From assembly GCA_963663805.2 (NCBI GenBank), contig CAXXMR010000003.1:1-64000 (forward strand): 64,000 bases of DNA, written 5' to 3'. The notes beneath the pieces are model-generated. The model worked only from the letters and a program-made list of their open reading frames with translations, was not told the DNA's origin and did no database searches. The translations under genes were made by a program, and so were the position numbers. Source of the DNA: Sedimentisphaerales bacterium (lineage in GTDB: Bacteria; Planctomycetota; Phycisphaerae; Sedimentisphaerales; SM23-30). Shown here in pieces: positions 9,809-19,593 of this stretch (its first letter is position 1; the number at the start of each line of letters is the position of its first letter).

Positions 9809-11047
9809 TTATCTGATGATTCCGCCGGCGACGGTGTCGCCTTCGCGGAGCAGGACAAATCTGCCGGTTTCGGCAACGGTCTCGAAGGGGTCGGTGCAGA
9901 TGTGGTCGTCCATTTTGAAAGTTACCTGGGCAACCTCAGTGTTTTCCAGTTTGTCTGTCGGGCCGGGAGTGATTACCAGAGTCGAGGAATCGAGTCGGTC
10001 TTCGATGGCGGTTACTTTGCATCTGACCTGCTGGGTGGCGCATTTGAAGTCGACTGTGTCACCGGTTTTCAGGGGGCGACCGTTCATCCAGAAGATGGTG
10101 GCGGTGAGTAAGTTACTGATGTCGGGCGTGTTGTCGATACCGCAGGCGAGGGCGCCGCGTTTGAGGTTGCGGGTGATGATTTGTTCGTCGGTGAGAGTCA
10201 GGCCGATAGATTCACCTGCTTGCGCGGATTCTTTACTGCCGTCGAGAATCTTGATTTGCTTGACTGTCGCGCTTTTGCCGGACGGATGGAAAATTATATT
10301 GTCGTTAGGCCGAATTGTGCCGGAGGCTATTTTGCCGACGAGGATTTTCTCGTTATCAATTTCGTAGATGTCCTGAACCGGGAAACGCAACGGACCGTTT
10401 TCGGCACTGGGATGATTCTGGAGTTTGTCTAATGATTCCAGCAGAGTCGGGCCGGTGTACCAGGGAGTCTTGTCACTGCGTGAAGCTACGTTATCGCCGA
10501 CGCGGGCGGAAACAGGGATGCAAACCAGCGGAGTTATATTCATCTGGCCGAGTTTTTCGGTGATATCTTTAACGATCTGGTCAACTTTTTCCTGCGAATA
10601 ATCAACCAGGTCAATTTTATTGATAACGACGATTACCTGTTTAATACCGAGCAGGCTGAGCATGTAGGCATGGCGATGGGTTTGTTCGCGAAGTCCTTCG
10701 TCTATATCGATAAGCAGCAGGGCGGCTTCAGCGAGAGTCGAGCCGGTAATCATATTTTTAAGAAACTGTTTGTGGCCCGGCGCGTCGATAATGACATATT
10801 GACGCTTGTGGGTTTTGAAAAAGACCTGGGCGGTGTCGATGGTAATGCCGGCCGAGCGTTCTTCTTCGAGATGGTCCATGACAAAAGCGAATTCCGGAAT
10901 ATTGTCGGCGCTTTGTTGAGACATCCTGCGGACGTCCTCGATTTTATCCGGGGGCAGAGAGTTGGTATCGTAAAGCAGTCTGCCGATGAGCGTACTTTTG
11001 CCGTGGTCCACATGGCCGGCGACGACGAATTTAAGATTGTCCTGCAT
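9809..11047 (-). CDS. cysN: Sulfate adenylyltransferase GTPase subunit, no APS-kinase domain
   Basis: GHVDHGKSTLIGRLLYDT, GITIDTA, DAPGH, NKID, LRFPVQDIY, TGRFVL; immediately downstream of cysD. Confidence 0.85.
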   Translation of the reverse strand: MQDNLKFVVAGHVDHGKSTLIGRLLYDTNSLPPDKIEDVRRMSQQSADNIPEFAFVMDHLEEERSAGITIDTAQVFFKTHKRQYVIIDAPGHKQFLKNMITGSTLAEAALLLIDIDEGLREQTHRHAYMLSLLGIKQVIVVINKIDLVDYSQEKVDQIVKDITEKLGQMNITPLVCIPVSARVGDNVASRSDKTPWYTGPTLLESLDKLQNHPSAENGPLRFPVQDIYEIDNEKILVGKIASGTIRPNDNIIFHPSGKSATVKQIKILDGSKESAQAGESIGLTLTDEQIITRNLKRGALACGIDNTPDISNLLTATIFWMNGRPLKTGDTVDFKCATQQVRCKVTAIEDRLDSSTLVITPGPTDKLENTEVAQVTFKMDDHICTDPFETVAETGRFVLLREGDTVAGGIIR

Positions 11048-11088
11048 AATGATATTCCTGATACAATGCTGTGCGGTCGGGGTTTCGC

Positions 11089-11886
11089 TTACATATAACC
11101 CAGGGCTCGCAGCTTCTGCATGGTGTAGGTGTCTTCCTTGTCCTGGGCCCGGCCGGCACGTTCGCTGGTTGTGCTGGTTTCGAGCTCGTGGATGATTTCG
11201 TCAACGTTACTCGCGTTTGACTCGACGGGACTGCAACATGGTACGCAACCTATGCTGCGGAATCGTTTACCGTCGCGGGCGAAATAAAGCTCGGTGATAG
11301 GAATGTTTTCGCGTTTGATATATTGCCAGATATTCAGTTCGGTCCAGCCGAGCAGGGGATGTACGCGGATATGCGTTTTTTCCTCGGCCTGACTTTTGTA
11401 CTGGTCCCAGAGTTCCGGGGGCTGGTCTTTATAGTCCCACTGGAATTGTTCGTCGCGTGGCGAGAAATGTCGTTCCTTGGCGCGGATGCCGTGTTCATCA
11501 CGCCGTATGCCCAGCAGTAATGCGTTGAAACCATGTTTAGCGATGGCTTGTTTGAGCCCTTCGGTTTTGAGCGAATTGCAGCATTCGAGTTTTTTCTCCG
11601 GGGCCATACCGTTTTTAATTGCTTCTTCGTTGCGGGTAACGATCAGATCCATGCCCCATTTCTTGCTGTATTCGTCACGGAAACGGTACATTTCGGGGAA
11701 TTTATAGCTGGTGTCAATGTGCAGGGCCGGGAACGGAATTTTGCCGAAGAAGGCCTTGCGAATCAGCCAGACCAGCGTGGTGGAATCCTTGCCGATAGAC
11801 CAGAGTACCGCGATGTTCTTATAATGGTAATAAGCCTCGCGGATAATATATATGCTTTGGCTTTCAAGTTCGCTAAGACGGTCCAT
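11089..11886 (-). CDS. cysD: Sulfate adenylyltransferase subunit 2
   Basis: LESQSIYIIREA, WSIGKDS, HIDTSYKFPEMY, QPPELW, RVHPLLGWTE, RFRSIGC, ERAGRAQD. Confidence 0.95.
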   Translation of the reverse strand: MDRLSELESQSIYIIREAYYHYKNIAVLWSIGKDSTTLVWLIRKAFFGKIPFPALHIDTSYKFPEMYRFRDEYSKKWGMDLIVTRNEEAIKNGMAPEKKLECCNSLKTEGLKQAIAKHGFNALLLGIRRDEHGIRAKERHFSPRDEQFQWDYKDQPPELWDQYKSQAEEKTHIRVHPLLGWTELNIWQYIKRENIPITELYFARDGKRFRSIGCVPCCSPVESNASNVDEIIHELETSTTSERAGRAQDKEDTYTMQKLRALGYM

Positions 11887-11919
11887 TTTCTCTTTCCGTT
11901 CTTACATCAGGTTTCATAT

Positions 11920-13305
11920 TCACAGCTCAGGCGTAAGGCCGGGCTCGATGCCGTCCAGGTCCGGCGGTATCTCAATATTCAGCTTGGCCAGTATATGCCG
12001 CGCGAGCATCATTATTTCTATATTATTGGGTAAATCAATATGCCGGGAACAGATAAAAGCGTCGTCGTAGGAGTGCATGCCTTCCAGCTCGGTATTGGTG
12101 AAAAATTTCGTACCCGCCAGGCCGAGTTTGAGGTCATAGCCGTTGTAGGGTATTGCGATAAGGTCAGCGGCTTTGCGGTAGGTGCTTTCGGTGGGCGGCG
12201 AGCTTTCCGGCCGCGGACCAGCCTGCCCTGAAGGCCAGTAAATCTGTTCGCGAGTCAGCACCGTGCGAATGACCGGTTCGGATGTTTCCGGGTCACGCAG
12301 GTCAAGCAAATCTTTCTTTATTGCTTCACGAGTATTTTGATATTCCTCAACCGGAACAATTCCGCCGGGTTCACGACCTTTAAGGTTAATGAAAATTCTG
12401 CCGGGGATGAGAGTGTAGGCCTTGCTGTGGGCGGGGTCAATCGAAAGAGGGTGCTTAATCGTATCGGCGGGAACGGTCCAGCCCTTTTCCACGAGGAAAC
12501 GGCTGAGCTGTACTTCCTTTTTGATGGTGCAGAAACCGTGGTCGCTGAAAATCAGCAGGGGAGTATCCGGCCCGATTTTCTCCATAAGCTCACCGATTAT
12601 GCCATCGACGTGCCGGAAGTAAGCCCGAAACGCTTCACTGAATTCTGGGTCCTGCTCCTGCATTTTACCATAAAGAAAATGGCAGATTCGGTCAGAGCCC
12701 ATGATATGAGTGTGGAAAAAGTCCCAGGGCTCCTGTTCAAGAAAATGGAACATCGCCTGAGCTCTTTTTTTGAGAGTGACGTTAAGGTCGTCCAGCAGGG
12801 CATGTTTGTCACTGCGGCCCAGAGCGGCGTTGCTGTCGATGCGGTAGTCAATAGACTTCAGATAATCAGCGACACCGGCGGGCCAGGCCACCTTTTCAAG
12901 CGAGGGCGTAAGAAAGCCGCCGATAAGAATCCCGTTGACAGGCCGCGGTGGGTAAGTGACCGGCACATTCATGCCGAACACCCTTTTGCCGGTTCGGCCG
13001 ATGATTTCCCAGATATTCTCCGCGGTCATGGTTGCGGCGTTAGGGAACTGAATATCGTAATTGTTTTCGCGGCGTTCGAGAAAACCGTAGATACCATGCT
13101 TGCCGGGATTTTTGCCGGTCATATACGAAGACCAGGCCACGCAGGATACCGTGGGGTATGCCGAACGCATCTGCCGGAAATCTCCCTGTCGGATGAGCGT
13201 GGCCAGGTTTGGCATGTCCCCGTTTCCGGCGAGTCTCTGCGCCAGAGAATATGGTACACCGTCAATGCTGAGAACGACAACTCTGGTTTGCTCTGGACTG
13301 CTCAT
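11920..13305 (-). CDS. Alkaline phosphatase superfamily protein (type I phosphodiesterase/nucleotide pyrophosphatase-like), second paralogue
   Basis: LSIDGV, PTVSCVAWSSYMTGKNPGKHGIYGF, DRICH, FSDHGF, INLKGREP, GMH. Confidence 0.88.
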   Translation of the reverse strand: MSSPEQTRVVVLSIDGVPYSLAQRLAGNGDMPNLATLIRQGDFRQMRSAYPTVSCVAWSSYMTGKNPGKHGIYGFLERRENNYDIQFPNAATMTAENIWEIIGRTGKRVFGMNVPVTYPPRPVNGILIGGFLTPSLEKVAWPAGVADYLKSIDYRIDSNAALGRSDKHALLDDLNVTLKKRAQAMFHFLEQEPWDFFHTHIMGSDRICHFLYGKMQEQDPEFSEAFRAYFRHVDGIIGELMEKIGPDTPLLIFSDHGFCTIKKEVQLSRFLVEKGWTVPADTIKHPLSIDPAHSKAYTLIPGRIFINLKGREPGGIVPVEEYQNTREAIKKDLLDLRDPETSEPVIRTVLTREQIYWPSGQAGPRPESSPPTESTYRKAADLIAIPYNGYDLKLGLAGTKFFTNTELEGMHSYDDAFICSRHIDLPNNIEIMMLARHILAKLNIEIPPDLDGIEPGLTPEL

Positions 13306-13325
13306 TTAGGACATATAACCTGACT

Positions 13326-14579
13326 TTAGCTGAAAATCGGGAAGTGGCCGCAAAGCTCCGCGGTTTGTTCGCGAATCGAAGCGATGATTTTTTTGTCGCC
13401 GCCCGATGACAGGGCCTGGTCAATCCACTGGCCGATCTTTTTCATTTCGTCCGTCTTCATGCCGCGGGTAGTGAGGGCCGGGGTGCCGATACGGACACCG
13501 CTGGCTTCGGTCGCTTTGCGGGGGTCGAAGGGGATGAGGTTTTTGTTCACTACGATACCGGCATCGTGCAGCAACTGCTCAGCGACGGCGCCGGTTAGGT
13601 CTTTGTTGTATGGCCGCAGGTCTACCAAAACGAGGTGGTTGTCAGTGCCGCCGGTGCAGAGTCGGAAGCCTTTTTCGGTCAGCACGTCCGCCAGGACGGC
13701 ACAGTTATCAATAATCTGTTTCGCGTAGGTCTTGAATTCCGGTGTCATAGCTTCGGCGAAGGCAACAGCCTTGGCGGCGATGACATGGCAGAGCGGGCCA
13801 CCCTGCAAACCGGGGAATACGGCTGAATTTACGGCTTTGGCGTATTCCTGTTTGCACATAACCGTACCGGCCCGTGGGCCACGCAGGGTTTTGTGGGTGG
13901 TGCTGGTTACATAGTCACAGCATTTAACCGGGTCGGGATGCAAACCGGTACAGACTAGCCCGGCGATGTGAGCGATGTCGGCGAGCACCCTGGCGTTATT
14001 TTGCCTGGCGATGTCGCAGATGCGTTCAAAGTCGATGGTACGCGGGTAAGCACTGCCGCCGCAGACGATAAGTTTTGGTTTATGTTCCTTAGCCAGCTTC
14101 GCCATCTGGTCGTAGTCGATGGTTTCATCAGATTCTTTTACGCCGTAGCTGACGAAGTTATATAGTTTGCCGCTGAAATTGATTTTGAAACCGTGGCTGA
14201 GGTGACCGCCGTGGGCCAGTGACATTGCCAGAACCGTATCGCCGACCTCCAGTTCAGCGAAGTAAACCGCCATATTTGCCTGAGAACCGGAGTGGGGCTG
14301 GACATTGGCGTGTTCGGCACCGAAAAGTTTCTTGCAGCGTTCGATAGCGAGTGTTTCGACCTCATCGACGTGTTCACAACCTCCGTAATAACGTTTGCCG
14401 GGTAGACCTTCGGCATATTTATTGGTCATGCAGCTGCCGGCGGCGACCAGAACTGCCGGTGAAGCGTGGTTTTCCGAGGCGATCATCTCCAACATACCCT
14501 GTTGGCGTTTTTCTTCGTCCTGAATCATACGGAAGACATCAGGGTCACTTTTTTCCAGATAATTCCACGATCCCAGCAC
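13326..14579 (-). CDS. glyA: Serine hydroxymethyltransferase
   Basis: [46 protein letters not shown] (PLP lysine), [16 protein letters not shown]. Confidence 0.98.
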   Translation of the reverse strand: MLGSWNYLEKSDPDVFRMIQDEEKRQQGMLEMIASENHASPAVLVAAGSCMTNKYAEGLPGKRYYGGCEHVDEVETLAIERCKKLFGAEHANVQPHSGSQANMAVYFAELEVGDTVLAMSLAHGGHLSHGFKINFSGKLYNFVSYGVKESDETIDYDQMAKLAKEHKPKLIVCGGSAYPRTIDFERICDIARQNNARVLADIAHIAGLVCTGLHPDPVKCCDYVTSTTHKTLRGPRAGTVMCKQEYAKAVNSAVFPGLQGGPLCHVIAAKAVAFAEAMTPEFKTYAKQIIDNCAVLADVLTEKGFRLCTGGTDNHLVLVDLRPYNKDLTGAVAEQLLHDAGIVVNKNLIPFDPRKATEASGVRIGTPALTTRGMKTDEMKKIGQWIDQALSSGGDKKIIASIREQTAELCGHFPIFS

Positions 14580-14668
14580 TGGCAGACTCCTTAGTAAACG
14601 GTCTATAAAACAATTTCAAAACGGCAATTTTAGAGTTTATGGGCTGATAAGCAAGTGAAAAACCGCAG

Positions 14669-14697
14669 TGGTCAGTGACCGGGTTGTCAGGTATAAT
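14669..14697 (+). promoter_or_regulatory. Putative sigma70 promoter for the hypothetical-rnpA-yidD unit
   Basis: TGGTCA, 17-nt spacer, TATAAT (14692-14697). Confidence 0.5.
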
Positions 14698-14730
14698 CCT
14701 TTAACAGTAGTATTTGGAGATATTTTTGTT

Positions 14731-15054
14731 ATGAATTTGCTTTATACATTACTAAGGTGGATAGGGGCAATTCCCGGCGGGGAGCTGGGAAACGACGGCA
14801 GTGAAGTGGCCCTGGTGAGCAATCAGGAAGCTCAGCTGGAATGGGCCAAGCTGGCTTCGATGGTGGGGATTGTGATGGTGGCGGTGTTTTTTATCGCGGT
14901 GGTATTGCTGATGATAGGTCGGGTGGCCCGGATTCGTCGTTCGCGTAACGCTGTGAATACCGAAACAAATTATTTCGACGCCTGGGCAAATTACCGGCTG
15001 AGTGACGAGCAAATTAGCGATATTGATGATGAGCCGGATATATATCTGGATTGA
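14731..15054 (+). CDS. Hypothetical single-pass membrane protein
   Basis: GGAG RBS before ATG 14731; one long hydrophobic helix, basic patch, acidic tail; stop overlaps the rnpA TTG start. Confidence 0.65.
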   Translation: MNLLYTLLRWIGAIPGGELGNDGSEVALVSNQEAQLEWAKLASMVGIVMVAVFFIAVVLLMIGRVARIRRSRNAVNTETNYFDAWANYRLSDEQISDIDDEPDIYLD

Positions 15055-15458
15055 GGTTTATGGTTGTAAACTCGGATAATAAAGGCAGTTGCAAGTTTGG
15101 TGAACGCCTGCGTATAAAGAAGGGGGCTGATTTTCGTTTGGTGTTCGCGGATAAATGCAGTGCCGCCGACGGCAAGCTGATAATATATGGGCGGGCCAAT
15201 CAGCTTGGTTATAGCCGATTAGGGCTGGCGGTGGGCCGAAAATTGGGTGGGGCAGTGGTTCGTAATCGCTATAAGCGCGTTTTGCGTGAAGATTTTCGCC
15301 TGAGCCGGAATTATTTGCCAGTGGGCTACGATTATGTTATTATCCCCCGGAGCTGTGAACGGCCGAGCGGCGGGATGTATCAAAAATCCCTGCGGTATTT
15401 GGCGGAGCGGCTGGAAAAGCGAATCAAAAAACGCGGTGAGAATAATGCCCCCGATTAA
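15051..15458 (+). CDS. rnpA: Ribonuclease P protein component
   Basis: [36 protein letters not shown] (RNR motif), DYVIIPR. Confidence 0.93.
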   Translation: MRFMVVNSDNKGSCKFGERLRIKKGADFRLVFADKCSAADGKLIIYGRANQLGYSRLGLAVGRKLGGAVVRNRYKRVLREDFRLSRNYLPVGYDYVIIPRSCERPSGGMYQKSLRYLAERLEKRIKKRGENNAPD

Positions 15459-15684
15459 ACGAATATCACAATACAGCACTGCGCCTCTGTTGGGGCTGAT
15501 GTGGTTTTATAAGCAGGCAATATCGCCGTATCTGCCTGTGTGCTGTCGGTTTACGCCGAGTTGCAGTGAATATTCGCGTGAGGCCCTGCGCCGTCACGGG
15601 TTGGTCAAGGGTTTGTTATTGAGCCTCTGGCGGATTTTGCGATGTCACCCTTTCTGTAAGGGTGGTTACGACCCGGTCCCCTGA
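15445..15684 (+). CDS. yidD: Membrane protein insertion efficiency factor YidD
   Basis: [36 protein letters not shown] at 15445. Confidence 0.93.
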   Translation: MPPIKRISQYSTAPLLGLMWFYKQAISPYLPVCCRFTPSCSEYSREALRRHGLVKGLLLSLWRILRCHPFCKGGYDPVP

Positions 15685-15726
15685 TGTTTCCGGCGGCAGG
15701 GGGGAGGGTAAAGTTCTTAATTTCTT

Positions 15727-15755
15727 TTGACATAATTGTTTATCTCGATTAAGCT
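15727..15755 (+). promoter_or_regulatory. Sigma70 promoter placing the transcription start at or near the mgtE ATG
   Basis: TTGACA (15727-15732), 17-nt spacer, TAAGCT (15750-15755); ATG 8 nt later. Confidence 0.6.
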
Positions 15756-15763
15756 GAATCGCT

Positions 15764-17176
15764 ATGGTTGATATTACCAGCAAAAAACTCCTGGAACAGA
15801 TAGAAAACCTGATTGAAGGCCATCATATTGAAGAGCTCAAGCAGGTTCTGGCTGAGGCTCGTTCTTCTGATGTCGCTGAGGTGGTCGAGGTTCTTGATGA
15901 GATTGAGCGTCAGATATTGTTTGATTTGCTGGACCCGAAAGATGCCGGCGAAGTTCTGGAAAAGATTGATGAGGCCACTCGCTCAGAGGTTGTCGAGGAT
16001 TTCAGTAGTGACAAGCTGACTGGTATTGTTGCGACAATGCCGCCCGATGAGGCCGCGGATGTTTTTGCGGAAATGAGCGATACTCAGGCGGTAGAGATTC
16101 TGGGGCTGATTAACAAGGAAGAATCTGACCAGATAGAAAAGCTGCTGGTTTATGGTGAAGATACCGCCGGCGGTATTATGACGCCTGAGGTTGTCAAGGT
16201 TAAGTTGGGGGCGACGATAGGTGATGCTTTGGCTGAGATTCGCGAAGCTGACCCGGATGAAGATTTTTTCTACGTTTTTGTCGTTAATGAGGCTGGTTTA
16301 CTTCAGGGTATGGTGGGTATCTGGGAGCTTATTCGCAATCTGCCCAGCAGGCCGGTGCGGGAAGTAATGGATACCGAGCTTTATCCGGTAAAGGTCGAGG
16401 CGGACCAGGAGGCAATCGCTAACTTCTTTCGTAAGAATGACTTATTGGTTGCTCCGGTAGTTGATGCCAAAGGGATTTTGCTGGGGCGGATTACGGTTGA
16501 CGATGTTGTTGATGTTATGGAAGAAGAAGCCGAGGAAGATGCTCTGGTTATGGCCGGTACTCACCCGGATGAGCTGGATACGACGAGTATTTTCAAGGCA
16601 GCGGCGGTGCGCCTGCCCTGGCTGCTTTCGTGTATGCTCAGTTCGCTGGTGCTGGCGGCTTTGTTTATTCGGTTGTTCGCGGGTATGTTCGATATGGTGG
16701 ACTGGGCCTGTATCATCATGTTTTTACCCTGTATCGCTTCAATGGGGGGCAACAGCGGTTTGCAGACCTCTACGGTGGTGGTTCGTGGTTTAGCCACGGG
16801 CGATTTGGCTGCTTTTGATTTATCTCAGGTATATCTGCGTGAATTCCGGGTGGCGTTGGTGGTAGCGGTTGTTTGTGCGCTGATTGCGGGTTGTCTGGCG
16901 ACGGTGTGGCTGGAATTCTGGCCTGCGGCGATGAAGGACGCTCCGGTTTTTGACAGCTCTCATGGTCCAATATTAGGTTTGGCGGTGGGGTTGGCGATGC
17001 TTTGCGCAATAATGCTCTCAACCTCTATGGGTATGGTACTGCCCTATTTCTTCTTGAAAATAGGGGTTGACCCGGCGATAAGCTCAGGGCCGTTAGTCAC
17101 TACTGCTAACGACGTTATAAGCTATTTGACATATTTTTCCCTGTCTCTGTTGCTACTTCATACGCTGGGTGGTTAG
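15764..17176 (+). CDS. mgtE: Magnesium transporter MgtE
   Basis: Acidic N-domain, TAGGIMT, CBS pair, RLPWL, MGGNSGLQT, DPAISSGPLVTTAND. Confidence 0.95.
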   Translation: MVDITSKKLLEQIENLIEGHHIEELKQVLAEARSSDVAEVVEVLDEIERQILFDLLDPKDAGEVLEKIDEATRSEVVEDFSSDKLTGIVATMPPDEAADVFAEMSDTQAVEILGLINKEESDQIEKLLVYGEDTAGGIMTPEVVKVKLGATIGDALAEIREADPDEDFFYVFVVNEAGLLQGMVGIWELIRNLPSRPVREVMDTELYPVKVEADQEAIANFFRKNDLLVAPVVDAKGILLGRITVDDVVDVMEEEAEEDALVMAGTHPDELDTTSIFKAAAVRLPWLLSCMLSSLVLAALFIRLFAGMFDMVDWACIIMFLPCIASMGGNSGLQTSTVVVRGLATGDLAAFDLSQVYLREFRVALVVAVVCALIAGCLATVWLEFWPAAMKDAPVFDSSHGPILGLAVGLAMLCAIMLSTSMGMVLPYFFLKIGVDPAISSGPLVTTANDVISYLTYFSLSLLLLHTLGG

Positions 17177-17272
17177 CTGTTGTTGTAATTATTTTGCTAC
17201 CAGGAAGTTACCTGATTCAACGTGTTGTGGTTAGCATGCGGGTTTTTGCCTAAAAAAGATTACCAAAAACTG

Positions 17273-17300
17273 TTGACAGGGCGGTGATTATCCTTATAAT
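17273..17300 (+). promoter_or_regulatory. Consensus sigma70 promoter of rplM-rpsI
   Basis: TTGACA (17273-17278), 16-nt spacer, TATAAT (17295-17300). Confidence 0.75.
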
Positions 17301-17398
17301 TTGCTATTTCCCAATGCCGGGAGCGGCCTGGCAGGGGGATTGTACAAGAACAGTCCGGTTCGCTTTGGCGATTCGGCAAGAAAAAGGCAGTTGTCTAC

Positions 17399-17845
17399 AT
17401 GCAGGCTAAGCTACAGAAAACTACGATAGCCAAGAAGGAAACGGTCGAGCAGGGCTGGTATATTACCAGTGCCGAGGGAAAAGTACTCGGTCGTATGGCC
17501 ACTCAGATTGCCATGGTCCTGATGGGCAAACATCGTCCTGGTTATACTCGTCATGTCGATACGGGTGATTTTGTGATAGTCACCGACGCTGAAAAAGTGG
17601 TTGTCTCCGGTATCAAAAACCAGACGAAATACTATCAGCATTACACCTACTATCCCGGTGGTCGCAAGGTTGTGCCCTACGAAGAGATGAAGGCCACCAA
17701 GCCCGAAAAGATTGTTATGGAGGCTGTCCGTCGGATGCTGCCCAAAAACAAACTTGGTCGGGTGATGTTGAGCAAGTTGAAAGTGTATCGCGGCAGTGAG
17801 CATCCTCATGCCGCTCAGCAGCCGGAAAAGCTGGAACTGAACTAA
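17399..17845 (+). CDS. rplM: 50S ribosomal protein L13
   Basis: LGRMATQIA, GKHRPGYTRHVDTGDFVIV, AVRRMLPKNKLGR, HPHAAQQP. Confidence 0.98.
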   Translation: MQAKLQKTTIAKKETVEQGWYITSAEGKVLGRMATQIAMVLMGKHRPGYTRHVDTGDFVIVTDAEKVVVSGIKNQTKYYQHYTYYPGGRKVVPYEEMKATKPEKIVMEAVRRMLPKNKLGRVMLSKLKVYRGSEHPHAAQQPEKLELN

Positions 17846-17869
17846 ATATATAGATAAGAGGTTATTACG

Positions 17870-18385
17870 TTGGCAGAAGAACAGTCACAGGGCATGATAC
17901 CCACAAGCATTTTAGGTTCTGGTCAGTCACAGGCTTCGGTACCGGTTACGCCGGTGTCCGAGCGTCGCAAGCAGCCTACGGCCGCCGATTTGGGCCCGGG
18001 CCAGTATTGCTGGGGCACCGGTCGTCGTAAGACTTCGGTGGCCCGTGTTCGGGTTCGTCCGGGTAGCGGCAAGATTGAAATTAACGGCAAGGCCGTTGAT
18101 AATTACTTCCCTTGCCTGCGTGACCAGCGTGACGCAGTCGCTCCTCTGGATGCGACAAAAACCATTTCGATGTATGATGTTTATGTGAATGTCAAAGGTG
18201 GCGGCACCACCGGCCAGGCTGGTGCGACCAGGATGGGGCTGGCCCGTGCTCTTATAGCCGCGGACCCGAATCTTTTTGGCACGTTGCGTGACGCTGGCTA
18301 CATGACTCGTGACAGCCGTATGGTTGAGCGTAAAAAATATGGCCAGTCTGGTGCTCGTCGGAGATACCAGTTCTCCAAACGTTAA
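17870..18385 (+). CDS. rpsI: 30S ribosomal protein S9 with N-terminal extension
   Basis: GTGRRKTSVARV, GGGTTGQAGA, TRDSRMVERKKYG, ARRRYQFSKR. Confidence 0.97.
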   Translation: MAEEQSQGMIPTSILGSGQSQASVPVTPVSERRKQPTAADLGPGQYCWGTGRRKTSVARVRVRPGSGKIEINGKAVDNYFPCLRDQRDAVAPLDATKTISMYDVYVNVKGGGTTGQAGATRMGLARALIAADPNLFGTLRDAGYMTRDSRMVERKKYGQSGARRRYQFSKR

Positions 18386-18411
18386 CGGTATCTTGGCCGC
18401 GAAGGATATTC

Positions 18412-18448
18412 AGGCTCCTGGACCGTTTATGGGACAGGGGCCTTTTTT
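18412..18448 (+). terminator. Rho-independent terminator after rpsI
   Basis: AGGCTCCTG...CAGGGGCCT stem followed by a T run. Confidence 0.7.
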
Positions 18449-18543
18449 CGTTCACAAATTGGGGCATATTTTCGCCCGACAGTTTTCAATAGCGTTGGGT
18501 TGTTTGGAATTTCCCCTTATTTTTTTGAAAGGTATGAGGGCTG

Positions 18544-19554
18544 ATGGTTAGAGTTGCGATAATAGGTGCCAGCGGATATACGGCCAGTGAGTCATTAGAA
18601 ATACTTTTGCGTCATTCTGAGGCGAAGGTTACTTATCTGACGGCTTTGCCGGCGGAGTGCGGTAATTTAACAGATATCTTTCCGGCTTTTCGGGGTCGGC
18701 TGGACTTGCCGGTTGAACCGGTGGACCTAAATAAGCTTTCTGAGGTTGCCGATGTAGCTTTGGGTTGTCTGCCACATAAGGTTTCGATGGATTTTGTTCC
18801 TAAACTGTTGGGGGCAGGTGTTAAAGTGGTTGATTTCAGTGCTGACTATCGTCTGCACGACACCGCCCTTTATGAGGAGGTTTATCAGGTCGAGCATACC
18901 GATAAGAAAAATTGTGCCAATGCGGCCTTTGGCCTGCCGGAATTGTTCCGTGATAAAATTATTGGCGCGACTCTGGTAGCCAATCCGGGTTGTTATCCGA
19001 CGGCGGCAGCGTTGGCTCTGGCACCTTTGCTGAAGGAAAAACTGATAGCTCAGGATGATATTGTGGTCAATGCGGTTTCGGGTGCTTCCGGGGCAGGGCG
19101 GAAAGCGGCCTTGCCTTTCCATTTTCCGGAAATGAATGAAAATATTTTTGCCTACGCCGTGGGAACACACAGGCATATGCCGGAAATTGAACAGATTCTT
19201 ACGGATTTTGTTTCGCGTAAGGTTAAGGTATTATTTCAGCCCCATGTTGTCTGCATGGACCGTGGTATCGCCGAGAGTATTTATTGTGTGCCGCTTAGCA
19301 AGGTTTCGCAGGATGACCTCATCGAGCTCTATAATAATTTCTACGCGAATGAGCCATTTGTGCGGGTGTTGAGCAAGCCGCCGAGTACCAAGAATGTGTC
19401 ACGGACGAATTTTTGTGATGTTTATCCGACGATTACCAAGGGCAAGGTTGTGGTATTTTCAGCCATCGATAATCTTGTCAAAGGTGCCGCGGGCCAGGCG
19501 ATACAGAACATGAATATTATCAGTGAATTGCCGGAAACGATGGGTTTGCTGTAA
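18544..19554 (+). CDS. argC: N-acetyl-gamma-glutamyl-phosphate reductase
   Basis: IIGASGYT, VDFSADYRL, ANPGCYPT, SGASGAGR, HRHMPEI, DNLVKGAAGQAIQNMN. Confidence 0.97.
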   Translation: MVRVAIIGASGYTASESLEILLRHSEAKVTYLTALPAECGNLTDIFPAFRGRLDLPVEPVDLNKLSEVADVALGCLPHKVSMDFVPKLLGAGVKVVDFSADYRLHDTALYEEVYQVEHTDKKNCANAAFGLPELFRDKIIGATLVANPGCYPTAAALALAPLLKEKLIAQDDIVVNAVSGASGAGRKAALPFHFPEMNENIFAYAVGTHRHMPEIEQILTDFVSRKVKVLFQPHVVCMDRGIAESIYCVPLSKVSQDDLIELYNNFYANEPFVRVLSKPPSTKNVSRTNFCDVYPTITKGKVVVFSAIDNLVKGAAGQAIQNMNIISELPETMGLL

Positions 19555-19593
19555 ATCCAGTTTGAGAAACCAGATTTTGTTCGAGAAGCGAAT

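Noticed and set aside
9809..11047. EF-Tu/EF-1alpha-like GTPase
   Set aside because: Adjacent cysD and the RFPVQD/TGRF motifs identify it as CysN.
6634..13305. AlkP proteins as formylglycine sulfatases
   Set aside because: Neither has the (C/S)xPxR motif.
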